Positions 36,150 to 49,043 are shown, numbered from the stretch's first letter. The stretch is 64,000 nt of DNA from Pavona decussata (GCA_977016875.1 CDRNST010000088.1:2604001-2668000), one strand, 5' to 3'. The notes: generated from the sequence alone by a model not told the origin. Program-made: numbers and translations.

Positions 36150-38891
36150 TGGAGACTTTTGAGCCATTCATTCATGATGGTTTTTTCATTGACAAGTGAT
36201 TTGTCTAGTGTTTCCCCTATTAGAATTTTGAGGGATACTGGGGCCTCACAATCCCTTTTACTGGCAGATACTTTTCCATTTTCTGAACAGTCGTCTGCTG
36301 GTGCTAATGTCCTTATTAAGGGGGTAGATTCATCAGATTATACATCTGTTCCTCTTCATAATGTTTATTTGTCATCAAACATAGTTTCAGGACTTGTTAC
36401 CCTTGGCATTAGATCTTCTTTACCCTTTGAGGGAGTACACCTTCTTCTTGGCAATGACCTTGCAGGGGATAAAGTAGCTGTTAGCCCTGTTATCTATGAT
36501 AAGCCTTGTTTTGATCAGGTTCCTGATCCTATAGAAAGTGAGTATCCGGGATTATACTCGGCATGTGCCGTTACTTGAGCCATGAGTAGGAAAGAGGCTC
36601 TTGAAGAGAATACTAGTTCTGAGGTTGACTTGTCTGAAACATTCTTCAGCCAAGCTTTTAAAGTCGATGAGGGATTCAAACCCTCTGAGGGAAGTTTATT
36701 TAAAGAAAGTCTTATTAAAGAGCAACATAAAGACCCAGAAATATCATGCCTGTTTCAAAAGGCTGTTGATGAAAGTGAAATGTCTAAAAATCCTGTTTGT
36801 TACCTTGTTGAAAATGATGTGTTGATGCGAAAGTGGAGACCACCTGACGTTCCTGCTGAAGATAAGTGGACTGTCAAGTATCAGGTTGTGATTCCCAAAG
36901 CTTACCGAGCGGAGATACTCAGCACAGCCCACAAAACACCGCTTGCTGGACATCTTGGGGTAAACAAGACCTATCAGAAAATATTGAATCATTTTTATTG
37001 GCCTAACCTGAAGAAGGATGTGGCTGAATTTTGTAGGTCTTGTCATACCTGCCAAGTTGTTGGAAAACCTAACCAAGCAATACCAAAAGCCCCACTGCAG
37101 CCAGTAGTGTTACCAAGGCGACGAGCTGGCGGACATCTCAAATCATTATTTTCGCCATGGACTTTCTTGGTGATGTTAGAGTGTTTCTCGCAATACAACT
37201 CACAAAGAATTACAGGTTTGATTGTGGATTTGTACTGAAATACTATTCTAATTGATCGATTCTTCGTATTCCGAACAGTTTTCGCAAAAGTTTTGAAAAA
37301 CGTGGTCCGCGTGAGTCGATAAATTCGCTTCAAAATTGACTTGCAATTGCTTCAAATCGCTTGCGAGTCGGTAGCCTCACGGCAAAAATTATACGCGTTT
37401 TCTTCTAAGACCTATACAAAGACTTATTTGAATAAATGTTTTATTTAGGAAAGCTTTATTGCCTGTTTTTCTTTCTATTTTCATTGATGAAACGTGATGA
37501 CTGCCTAATCTTGCGTAAACAAACACGTCTCCTCGAGAGCGGATCAAATTACTGCCATGTGACGCGAGGATCAAATTTCATCAAATTTTCGAAATTTTTA
37601 CCTTCAGCTTTGTTTTTTGGGTAATCTTTAATTCGCAGCTAGGGTATTTTATTTGACAATTAGAAATTCTAGCTATTCTAGACCAAAGGAGTGCTGTTTC
37701 TTTGACCCAGTAAGTAGTCAATTTTTACTGCACATTAGGTTAATTATTAACAATATGCTAATTTGTGAAAATGTCGAAAACACGTGGGCTGCAATGGGTT
37801 AAGGAAAAGTTCCTTTCTGATAACGTAGATTCTTTAAACCTTTTACAGTATGTTTCAGATTTCCGCACTAAGCTCACAAGGGCACGTGAATTAGCTAGAG
37901 CAAATCTAGTTTCAGCTGAGAAATCTATGAAGGCTAGGTATGATCTAGACTCAGTGGAACGTAAATTTGAGCCAGGCCAGAAGGTTCTTGCTTTACTTCC
38001 AGTCCTTGGAAGTCCACTTTAAGCTAGATTTTTTGGTCCCTATGTTGTTGAAAAGAAATTAAGTGATCTTAATTATGTATTGGTAACCCCTGACAGGCGG
38101 AAACAAAGACAACTGTGCCACATACATTCAGACATTCCAAACAGAACTGACGCGATATACCATGATGTTGATGTTGGCAATGCCAATCCAGTCAAACAAC
38201 ACCCTTATAGGCTGAATCCCACAAAACAAAAGTATCTACATGAAGAAATCCAGTACCTTTTAGAGAATGACTTCATTGAACCCAGCAAGAGCAATTGGAG
38301 TTCTCTTTGTCTCCTTGTTCCAAAACCCGATGGAACCTACAGATTCTGTACTGAGTACAGAAAAGTGAACAGTGTGACAAAGTCAGACTCTTTTCCAATT
38401 CCTCGAGTGGATGACTGTATTGATAGAATTGGAAATGCCAAGTATGTGACCAAGTTTGACTTACTGAAAGGATTTTGGCAAGTTCCTCTTACTGACCATG
38501 CTAAAGAGATATCAGCTTTTGTTACTCCTGATGGTCTGTTCCAGTACAAAGTTACCCCATTTGGAATGAAGAATTCTCCAGCCACCTTTCAGCGCCTTAT
38601 AAACAGTGTCATTCCTGGTCTTAATGGCTGTGAAGCATACATTGATGATGTCATCATTTTTAGCATCAGTGGGAGGATCATTTGAGAATCATCCGCAGTT
38701 TCTTCGAGAGACAAAGTGAGGCTATGCTCACTATTAACCTTGCAAAAAGAGAGTTTGTCTTTCTTCACAAGTTGAAGAACAAGAATCAGAGATTACTTAG
38801 GTGGAGTTTGATGTTACAGGAGCATGACTTAGACATTAGACACATCAAGGGAAAGGACAATGTTATTGCTGACTGTCTTTCCAGAGTGTGA
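36150..38891 (+). pseudogene. pol of the Gmr1-like element: protease, integrase (core deleted), RT, RNase H
   Basis: ILRDTGASQS (PR). AH..AGHLG...FYWP...CHTCQ (IN HHCC). FFGPY (GPY/F). PVKQHPYR...FDLLKGFWQ...PFGMKNSPATFQ...YIDD (RT). RWSLMLQE...HIKGKDNVIADCLSR (RH end). Confidence 0.93.
37093..37796. mobile_element. Non-autonomous element with CACTG-type short TIRs replacing the integrase core
   Basis: cactgcagcc ... ggctgcaatg. The pol frame is lost between these points and there is no matching TSD. Confidence 0.55.
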
Positions 38892-40095
38892 TGTATAAGT
38901 TAAGCCACTTAATTGTTTTATCTGGACGCTAAAAGAAAGTTGTGTTTCCAAACATGAGGAACTTAGCTAAGCGAAAGAATGCGCCCCAGGAGCTCCTCTC
39001 GAAGTGCTTAATATCTGTATCATTTTCGCCAAGGTGTACAACTGAGTGACGTTTGTGGTCAAAACGTCAATTAGCACGTACGCCTGATCAGTCGTAGTAG
39101 GGAAATTAGTAATTACAGTAGAAGCTGACGGTGGAAATAACAACCCCCGGTGTGTAATAGCTTTTCGTTTCTAATTTCCCTTACTTTGTCACCACTGGTT
39201 TTCGGCGCCCTAAATTAATTCGTGACGTTGGCCGTTTTCCTTGATATTATTTATAACTTTATTGTTGTAACCGGTTGTAAGCGCTAAGCGGACCCTTTCC
39301 GCGGAGTTTAAAGAGGAGCTTAAAAAAATTACCAAATGTAAAAGAATGTTTAATATGAAAGTGATTAAAGGGATAAACATTTTCAATATAAACATTGAGT
39401 AAATATTGATGGTCACCATTACTATACTGTGCACAAAATCCACGCGCGCCCAAAATCCATATTATCACGTAACTCGTGTTCAGACCTCCCAGACATGACA
39501 ACAAACGCCTGGTTAATCATCGCCCATTTGAACTGACATCACATCACTAGAATTGTACTATATTTTTGTGCAAAGCTGGGTGACAAAATGGAATTAATGT
39601 AAAACTTTTATAAGTTACTGCACTGGTAATCTTTTACTGGAGCGGGAATTTCAATTTGAAAAGCGAGATGTTTTTCCCGTGGGCATCAATTGACGTGGTT
39701 TCGCCATGGAGGTTGAAGTTTCTGCATCGTCGATGACTTCATGGTCGTTTTCTAAGGTTACCAGCCCTTCACTGGACTCCACTAAACACTGGTACGTTCT
39801 CACGAAGAATATTTGTGGATGCAGACTGACAGACTTCGCAAAGAACGAAGTTTTTCGCCAATTTCCAGGAAAAATTCAGCTCGTGGAAACGCGGGAACTA
39901 AAGACCGCCAACAAAGGCTGTTCGCTTAACAGGCAACCCCGAAATCTTTATGTGGCTACTTGTTTGGTCTTTGCGCTTTGTTACTGAGACAGCGAGAGTT
40001 CCCACAGAACGGATTTATTAGATCAGCAGAGTTTTCCTCCGTCCAAAACGCCATTAACTGTGTCATACTGGATTCGAAAAGTTTAGGTAGGAAAA

Positions 40096-43000
40096 ATGCA
40101 GGACATTGATACACAGCTTTTAGACTGGAAAGCTCGCTTCCATGCAGCTCATCAAGAAATGCTGCAGTTGAGGAAAACGATCTCCGAATTAGAGGAAGTA
40201 ATTGTGGAGCTTCAAAGAGATTCTAGTTCTTCTGTTGATCATTGTACCCCGGGCAGGTCTTCCCCACTGTCCTCCTGCTCCTCAGAAAGCTGCAGTTCAA
40301 GGATAGTGGAAACAAAGAGGAGTCCTCTTGGATCCATTACTAAGAGAAAGGAAGTAGCTGGTCAGTGCAGAATGGTTATTTCAGATCTAAATGATGTGTG
40401 CGACAAGTACCATGAGTCACTAGCTTGTGTTCTTAGAAACAGTTTTCTTTATGGAAATGACTCTGAAAAGGAAGATGTTTCAAAAACTGTCTCAGAAATT
40501 TTAAATCAATTAGTCGATTTTCTTGTGATTTTGGACTAATAATTAGCAACAAGAAATAGCTCAGCAAACTCAGCAAACACTATGTTACTATGTGCGGCAA
40601 TGAGAGAGCTAGTTGTTGCACCTGAGATCTTTGTCTGGGTATTCCAGTATTCATTTATTTACATGTAAACAACCAACATAATGAAAAAATCCAACCCATT
40701 CACTAAGAGAAAAATGTAAAGAAGAAAATATAATTTACCTGCTTATCAAAGCTTATTTTATTTGAAGCGTTCTTGTGATACTCCAGTGTTGCTGACGAAA
40801 AATGAAATCAGGGCAGTGAAGAAATTGGTTTTCTCTGTTGTACGAAGAACCATGAAAATTCAAAAGATGAAAACCGAATTTGATGCCTGCAGCGTTGACC
40901 TGTCTTCTGTTCTTGTTTGGGCCATACGGGAGCAGCGTCTAGTTTCTTCTGACCAGGACAGAATTGAATTCAACATTAAACTTGATGGCCGCCCACTTGG
41001 AGGTATAGTAAAAAACAACATAAATGTAGTGTTTGTCTCGTGCATTGTATAATTTTTGAAACAAAATAGTATCCATCATGAGGTCAGGTGCAGGAAAAAA
41101 AACTTTGGTACAGCTAAAATTTTGTTACAAACCACTCTGTGTGTTTGTATGGGTGTGCGCATGATGTTAGCCATGCAGTGTCAAGGTGTCTTGAATTGAG
41201 TCAACATGTTGAAGCTGCTCCATCAGTTGACCTTTCTTAACGGCATGATGATATGCTAGCTGTTATGGTATGTCCATTTCCAACAACAGGCTTTTCCAGT
41301 CCCTTGTTTTTCTTTTTGCAGGCAAGAATCAGGTCGCAGTGGGGCTTGTTCCAATCAGCTTTGAAAATAAAAGTTCAGAGAGTGCTTTGTCTGTATATCC
41401 AGTTGCTATTGCAAACTGTAAAGAAAACAGGTTAGGAGACATTTGAAATAGGAGCCAGGTGACTTTGTGAGGGTGTTAAAGATGGCTTTGATTGATAATT
41501 TACAGTATAGACAAACATTGGTATTTATACGCAAACTTTGAAATACTATTGTGTGGATTGTAAAAATATTTAACTTTGTTAGCAATAGTCATTCTTTAAC
41601 AGTCAGTGTTTTTCTCAATTCCTTTAGCTGCAATTAATTTTCAAAATAATGCTGACAAGTGAAGAACGTTAATGACAGTAACATGGCAGTTTGGAGCTTA
41701 GTTGAATTTGTTAACTGTTTGTTTTTTTTCAGACGACAGCTCACCCAGTTGATCTCAACGTTAAATGAACAAAAGCGTAAAATAAAGAAAAATGGGGTTG
41801 TTGTTGATGGGAAAAAGTATCAAATCAAGTTTACAGGTATTTGATGTTTTTGCATTATATACTGGTAAATAATACACACTATATCACTACGGGTATTATC
41901 GGAACTACTTTTAGCTTGATGGTAAAAGATAATGACATAATTAATGTCACATTTTCAAAGTTGTAGATATCTGTGAGTGAGTTGCAAGAGTTCAACAACA
42001 TTTCAACATTCCTTTTCTTGTATCAATCTTGAAGCATTTTGACAGCATTGTGGTGAGATCTCTGCCCATTGATAAAGTCACCAAGCATTACAAGCAGAGT
42101 CATGGTGCAGGAAAGCAAGTTGTCCTGGGCTATGTAACATTTTTTGAAAAGCAGAAAATGGTTGGTGAATTATTAATAATCATAAATGTTCTATTGAAAA
42201 GTAAATGGTAGGCATGCCTTTGCAATACTGACGTTAGATGATGGCTGCTATGTCCATGCAGGAAGATAGGAAAGATATTAAACAAGTAGGAAAGCCTGGA
42301 GGTTATAAATTGAATCTCTGCCAATTTTGTTTTCCCTAAAATAGCCTCATTGTTTAACAAAAAAAAAAATGATTTTATTACATGATTGCAAGGAGGCTCA
42401 AATTTTGTTCACTTGACAATTCTAAAAGTTCAGTTAGCAGAAGGTTATTATTTACAATTACTGTCTACCCACGTTTAATGTCATCATCATTATTGCTAAA
42501 TGTCATAGAATTGACTGTCCACTAAAGTTTCAAATTTTTTTTAAAATGTTATGCTTTGGAGTGATGACTGGTCCTTCAACTTTCCTTTTGATATGAATTC
42601 ATTGTCAGTGATAAAAAATAAGCCAGAAGATGTAAACAAGATCTCAAACCAAAATGGTCCAATTATTCTGAATATTACCTTGACATTTGATGAGCAGCAA
42701 TGTGAAAATGTTTCTTTTTGTAGTTTGTCACTGAAATGCTAAGTTGTGGTGAGATAACACGTGATTATGGCTCAAGACAAGAAAAAGTCAAGATTGAAAA
42801 AGGTAGCAGTAAGAAATAAGCTGAAAGGAATTATTATATTATCATAGATGTTTTTAAAAGGACAGGATTGTGTTTTGATGAACCATCATTTTTGTTCTGC
42901 TGTGGAACTAAACTGCTAGAGTTGTATTGTGACCCATGTACTGATAACAAGTATTGACTCTCATTGTGTGCTATGTCTTACAGATCTTGAAACATTTCTA

Positions 43001-46000
43001 ACCAGCCACAAAGAACAGTGGGAAAAAAGAAAATGGAAGTTGAGGCAAAGTTTTTGGAGCTGAGTAGTTTAGCAGATGAGATCTCCAACAGTGTGAAGGA
43101 GCCACACCCAAAGAAGAGAAAGAGAAGTGCAAAGGCTGCTGACTCTCAAAGACAGGAAGATCCATTTGCTAGTTACGCGGCTACACTTCAAGTTGATTTT
43201 TTTAGAAAGGTAACTAACATCAGATTACCTGGAGTTGTACAAACATTGTCCTGAAAGATCCAAAAACAGAAGGGCTTAGTTATCTCACACATAGTTTTAT
43301 GTAGTTAATATATCTCATTGATTTTATCAGTTGTTTCATGATCTTGGGGAATTTTAAGTGGAAACCAGCACTCTATAAATCTTATAACTTCAATATTATT
43401 AGTCTTAAGTAAATCTTTCACTGTGCACAGATGATGTGCACACAGTATATATACAATATGCTAGGAAGTGTACATGTATATCAGGTTGTTGCCTGTGAGT
43501 CCATTTATATTTTTGAGATTTAACTTGTTGTTTATCTTAAGGTTTGTGCAGACTGGAGAGATATTGCGATTACAATTCGGGATAGGGTATTTGAGGAAGG
43601 TGATGAGCAGCTTATTGATATACAAGATGTCAAGGTCAGCACCTGTAATATTAATTTTGATATTTACGGGTATATCCAGCTCCAGCAAACTGTTTCCATT
43701 TAATACTTTTGGTTAGCCTTGTTGTTGCTGATTTTTGTAAATTATGATGACTTTCCAGAAAAGAGAACAAACTTAGTCTACTGAAAATTTGATATAGTTA
43801 TTGTAATGCTGGTGGAGAACTAGGTAATCAAGTTTTGATCTTTTTACATGTGGTTGAAATGGTGTAGGGCCTCTTACCTGTTTAGACTGTGTATGCCCTT
43901 GAAACGTCTGCTGTACATACTGCTGGTTAGAAATCCGCTTTTTTTCTTGTAAAGCATAATGGATGTGAAGGCTGAGCACAGAATACTAGGAGTTAAATTC
44001 TTTTTTACTGTGACAAGCAACTCCAATTATTGTTGCTTAAAATCTCTCTTTAAAGTCTTAAATCTGTACTTTTGATTCCTATTTTCTGACATAAACAAGG
44101 AGTGCATTGTGTTTGAATTTCAGTGTGAAGCCTGGGGTTTCCTCTTAAAGAAACTGTTTGGCATTCACCTTGGTACTGGAGACTATGGTCATCTGGTGAT
44201 TGACCACAGTGCCATGTTGCGTTGACGCTTCCAATCATTATACAAGTATTCTGGACAAGGCTTTGAGGCATCCCACAAACTGCATCGCCAACTCTACTCC
44301 AAGGCAACAAATCATGATTTTTCTGGCCCAGGGCAATCCTGTGAGTTGTAGCAATATTTATTTCAGTTGTGGCTCTGATGTCACTTCCTTATAGGTGTAC
44401 ACTAGGCATTTTTCTGGCATTGAAGAAATCTTCCACTGAAGAATGGGCTGACTACCTATGAGAAATGATAATAGATTGTGTAACATGACTTATTGCCTTT
44501 GTTGCTGGCTTCCACTGTACCTAACGTGGAAGATAGGTAGTACTCTGTCCCCTTCATATAGGCTCCACAGACAAATACCTAGAATGATGCACATTGTTTA
44601 TCCACATATAACTCTTCATATTTGAAATGGGTTATAGTTGCATGGGATTATGGTAGTGTCAGTTATAGTCACCTAACTTATTCAAATCGGAAGTGGGTGT
44701 TCATGTAAAACATGTATGTTTTCTTTATGTGACCCCACTTGAAAGTTTGGGAAACTATTCTAAAGACTGCTTATCTTATTTCAGTGGATCAAATTCTTAC
44801 TCATTGGTTTGCGACGATGTTACTTCAATTACGATACGCCTTTCGTGAAGCCAGGGATTGCATTGCCTTAGGTTAGTACATTTACTGTTGCTAATATGAA
44901 TGTCCGGTTCTAATGATAGAAAATGATCTTAAATCGGGGTATAAATTTGGCTGTATTTCTTTGAAAGCCATTTTGAGATCACAATCATTCTGCTTTTCAT
45001 TGATTCTGCATTTTAAGATGTTGGTAAAAGAAAACCTATTTGTATGAACATCATCTTACCTCACAATTTTTAACAGGAAAGCGAAAATTCAGCTTCCGTG
45101 GCTGTGGATGGAAACCCATCAACACAAGGATGTGGATAAAAGAAAAACAGGAGTGGATCTTGGCCATTGACAACCTTTTCAGCCAAATGTTCGGCAATGA
45201 CTTTTTGACATATGCTTTTGACAAAAGCAAGGGAACAAGTGTCAAGGAGCATATTCTGTCAGGCCTTGTTGAATACAACCATGACCAATTTGGAGACACT
45301 GACATCTCCCAACAAGAAGAATTTATGGACACTGGTTTAGCAATGAGTAGTGCTGCTTCTGCCAAACAGCTGGTCTTTACAGACGTGGAGGTTGAATCTG
45401 CCTAAAGCTGCCCTTCCACTGAGGTGTCAGATGGGGATTGCATTAATGTAACCAAGACTTCACAAGAGGTACTCATCATTCATGATGGAGAAGAATGTGA
45501 GCAGAGTAGCAGTTCTTGCAATGACAGTTCACAGCAACCTTGTATAAAACCTCTGCCATATGCCTTGAACACAGCTACATGTAGTATTCAAGCTGATTCT
45601 GCCAAACAGCCTGTCTTTACAGACGTGAAGGTTGTATCTTCAAAGAGCTGCTCTTCCACTGAGGTGTCAGATGGGGATTGCATTGTAACCAAGACTTCAC
45701 AAGAAGTACTCATCATTCATGATGAAGAAGGTGAGATGAGTAGCAGTTCTTGGAATGACAGTTCACAGCAACCTTGTACCCCCTCGTCATCTGCCATGAA
45801 AACAGCTAGTACTCGAGCTGAAATAGCTGCAATTAAAGATCTGATTCCACCAGTATCACCTTCCCGTAGCTCCAGTGCCTCCTTGCCTGCCAAACAGGGA
45901 GCTAATAAGCCATTTTTTACAGACCCCTTCACCCTAATCCATCGCCCCTGTGAAGCCATTATTAAAGGAGCAGAACAATTGTTGACAGATGAGAGAACAA

Positions 46001-46878
46001 AGGGAAGCAACTCATTAGGGATTACCATTCAAGGCCTGGGTCAGTTCTCTGAAAATGGTTTATCAGTTCTTGAACGATTTTCTATAATATCTGAGATAAA
46101 ACATAGAGTAGCAGCGGAGGCTCGATGGCTTTCTCTATTAAATTGTACACCACAGGAAGTTGCACTTCTGCAAACACTCCTTTGGAACAGGCCAACCAAT
46201 TCTCCATTTTTGAGACGTGACCACAAAGCCATTGATGTCACATCGTTTTGTGACCTTGCTGAAGAAAGACACATTGATAGCTTTGTTGTTGATGTGTGCA
46301 TCAGCAAATACGTTGAAGAAGTCCGCAGACTGGGAAGAAATGATACATTGTACTTTCCTACTGAATTTTACCAGTGGATGGAAATGGATGACAGAGCTTT
46401 TAAATTTGGGCAGTTAGCAGCAAGCGCTCACCAGAGATCAAAGTTTGAAGACCTGCAGCAAATCCTGGTGCCAGTGTTCATGGGGAACCATTGGGGACTT
46501 GTCTACATTGACCTTGCAAATAAGCGTTTATGTTTCGACAAAGGGTTACGTTATGTGGTTCCCTTAACGACACTTCCTTTTATAAAAGAGGCTTTGGATT
46601 TCCTTTTTCAGTTATATCCCCATCATCCATTACTCCATACAAAGTTTTGGCACTCTTGTCAAATTTTTAGTAGGTTTGGGATGCCTTCACAAGTTCCTGT
46701 TGATTCACACATGATTGGAGTCGGTAGTTGTGGAATTGGTGTCATTATGGCTGCCAGAGACTTTATCAGAAGTGGCCCTTCAACTGTGAACAATATTCAG
46801 TGTAAGTACTGCAATATGGATCAACATAGAAAAAGCCTTAGGCTACAGATCCTCAGGTGGGCTGGACATCCTGCTTAA
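40096..46878 (+). pseudogene. Multi-exon RAG1/Transib-like DDE transposase gene fused to a C-terminal Ulp1/C48-type protease
   Basis: Mostly phase-consistent GT-AG exons: ...-41002, 41322-41430, 41733-41836, 42984-43209 (frameshifted), 44124-44340, 44785-44871, 45077-46878. They give FNIKLDGRP..., VYPVAIANCKEN..L..L...KKYQIKFT, GDYGHLVIDH...YSGQGFEASHK, LDQILTHW, then NHWGLVYID..CFD...Q...GSCGIG. Stops fall in the 44124 exon and at 45403. Confidence 0.65.
43313..43772. repeat. About 460-bp dispersed repeat, copy 1 (intronic)
   Basis: Highly similar direct copy at about 47600-48056. Confidence 0.85.
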
Positions 46879-46959
46879 GATGTCATTTGTGACTTGCCAA
46901 TTTCCTACCACTTGGGGTAGCAGAATGCCTGCAGAAACTATTTTTTTCCCATTATCTTA

Positions 46960-47291
46960 ATGCTCTCATGGGTAGCATATACCCGAGGGTAACAATCACT
47001 TTTGTTGCAACCAACCCTTGTGCTCTCATGGGTAGGATATACCCGAGGGTAATAATCACTTGAATACTAACTAATCATGTTCTCTCATGGGTAGAATGTA
47101 CCCGAGGGTAATAATCACTTGAATACTAACCAATCATGTTCTCTCATGGGTAGAATATACCCGAGGGTAACAATCTAATACTAACCAATCATGTTCTCTC
47201 ATGGGTAGAATATACCCGAGGGTAATAATCACTTGAATACTAACCACTCCTGTGCTCTCTTGGGTAGGATATACCCGAGGGTAACAGTTAA
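46960..47291. repeat. Minisatellite, ~54-59-bp unit with gggta-N5-taccc hairpin
   Basis: Six copies of (tg)ctctcatgggtagaatatacccgagggtaa, ending in acagttaa. Confidence 0.9.
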
Positions 47292-47295
47292 TTTT

Positions 47296-47412
47296 TCCCT
47301 TCCGCTGAGACTGCCACCTTGTCGTGGTGGAGGGGCTTCAGTGTCTCTATGATCCTTGTACCTACTAAGGAAGGTAAGGTCAAAGGGGAGAGTCCATACT
47401 AAGAGCAGTCTC
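47296..47412 (+). mobile_element. RTE-type 5' fragment (or RTE-derived SINE head)
   Basis: ccaccttgtcgtggtggaggggctt...tctatgat...ggtcaaaggggagagtcca resembles RTE 5' leaders and the 34514 copy. Confidence 0.6.
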
Positions 47413-47599
47413 TATCACTTTTGATATAATATACTTATGGGTGGCTTTATTTTGTAGCTGTGACAACAAATAAAATCATGTCAATCAAGATAATATTTAT
47501 TTGGTCAAATACGTACATTAAAATGTCTAAACGTTTTTGGCCTCTCACCAAACAAGTTTAGGAATTATGAAAACTAAACCCTACTAACATAAAATATTA

Positions 47600-48056
47600 G
47601 CTCATTGATGTTGTCAGTTGTTTCATGATCTTGGGGAATTTTAAGTGGAAACCATCACTCTATAAATCTTATAACTTCAATGTTATTAGTCTTAGGTAAA
47701 TCTTTCACTGTGCACAGATGATGTGCACACAGTATATATACAATATGCTAGGGAGTGTACATGTATATCAGGTTGTTGCCCTTTGAGTCCATCTATATTT
47801 TTAAGATCTAACTTGTTGTTTATCTTAAGGTTTGTGCAGGCTAGAGAGATATTGCGATTACAATTCGGGATAGAGTATTTGAGGAAGGTGATGAGCAGCT
47901 TATTGATGTACATGATGTCAAGGTCAGCACCTGTAATATTAATTTTGATCTTTACGAGTATATCTAGCACCAGCAAACTGTTTCGATTTAATACTATTGG
48001 TTAGCCTTGTTGTTGCTGATTGTTTTAATGATGAATTTTAAGAAAAGAGAACAAAC
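47600..48056. repeat. About 460-bp dispersed repeat, copy 2
   Basis: Direct copy of 43313-43772. Confidence 0.85.
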
Positions 48057-48183
48057 TGCTAAAAAAGTGCATCGGAATGTTTAAACGTTTTTGGCCTCTC
48101 ACCAAACAATTTAAGCAATTAAGACAACACAACCTTACTAACATAATCTAATATCAAGAAAAGAGAACAAACTGCTAAAAACG

Positions 48184-48408
48184 TGCGAGCCATGGGAGCC
48201 ATACAAGGCAGACGTGCGAGGCATGAACAAAGCATGCGAGGCATGAACAACCTGCAACATGAATGCTAACCATTAAGCTAACCGAGGAGCTATTTAAGCT
48301 AACCTAAGTGCTATTTAGGCTACCCAGAGTGCTTTTTAGGCTAACCAGAGTGTTTTTTAGGCTAACCTGAGTGCCTCGCACGTCTGGCTTGCTGGCTCCT
48401 GGCTCGCA
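48184..48408. mobile_element. Small fold-back/MITE-like element with internal gctaacc repeats
   Basis: tgcgagcca.ggagcca...cagacgtgcgaggca is inverted with tgcctcgcacgtctg...tggctcctggctcgca. Confidence 0.65.
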
Positions 48409-48519
48409 GATTGTCAAGACCCGAATATTCTAAACACTCAAATTACCATGGAATGATAATTTTCCAATTGTCCCTGATCTAAGTCTATAAACAAGGTCTG
48501 GAGTGGGTATACAAAACAA

Positions 48520-49043
48520 ATTTAATTAACCTGCTCTGTGTTCTTATGGGTAGAATATACCCAAGGGTACATTTAATTAACCTGCTCTGTGTTGTTATGG
48601 GTAGAATATACCCAAGGGTACATTTTAATTAACCTGCTCTGCGCTCTTATGGGTAGAATATACCCAAGGGTACATTTAATTAACCTGCTCTGTGCTCTTA
48701 TGGGTAGAATATACCCAAGAGTACATTTAATTAACCTGCTCTGTGTTCTTATGGGTAGAATATACCCAAAAGTACATTATTTTAATTAACCTGCTCTGTG
48801 CTCTTATGGGTAGAAAATACCCAAGAGTACATTTAATTAACCTACTCTGTGCTCTTATGGGTAGAATATACCCAAGGGTACATTTTAATTAACCTGCTCT
48901 GTCCTCTTATGGGTAGAATATACCCAAGGGTACATTTTAATTAACCTGCCCTGTGCTCTTATGGGTAGAATATACCCAAGAGTACATTTTAATTAACCAG
49001 CCCTGTGCTCTAATGGGTAGAATATACCAAAGAGTACAGTTAA
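48520..49043. repeat. Minisatellite, 47-48-bp unit with the same hairpin core
   Basis: About 11 copies of ttaattaacctgctctgtgctcttatgggtagaatatacccaagggtaca, ending in acagttaa. Confidence 0.92.

Noticed and set aside
43461-48004. Paired ORFs 43461-43716 and 47692-48004 as duplicated genes
   Set aside because: They arise from the duplicated 460-bp repeat, are open on both strands, and have no recognisable motif.
48520-49043. RSS-like CACAGAG heptamer plus 12-bp spacer on the minus strand of the minisatellite near the RAG1-like gene
   Set aside because: The would-be nonamer (aatgtaccc) matches ACAAAAACC at only about 4 of 9 positions, and the heptamer is not kept in most units of the sister array.
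46960-49043. CRISPR array
   Set aside because: Inter-repeat sequences are near-identical within each array, so these are minisatellites.
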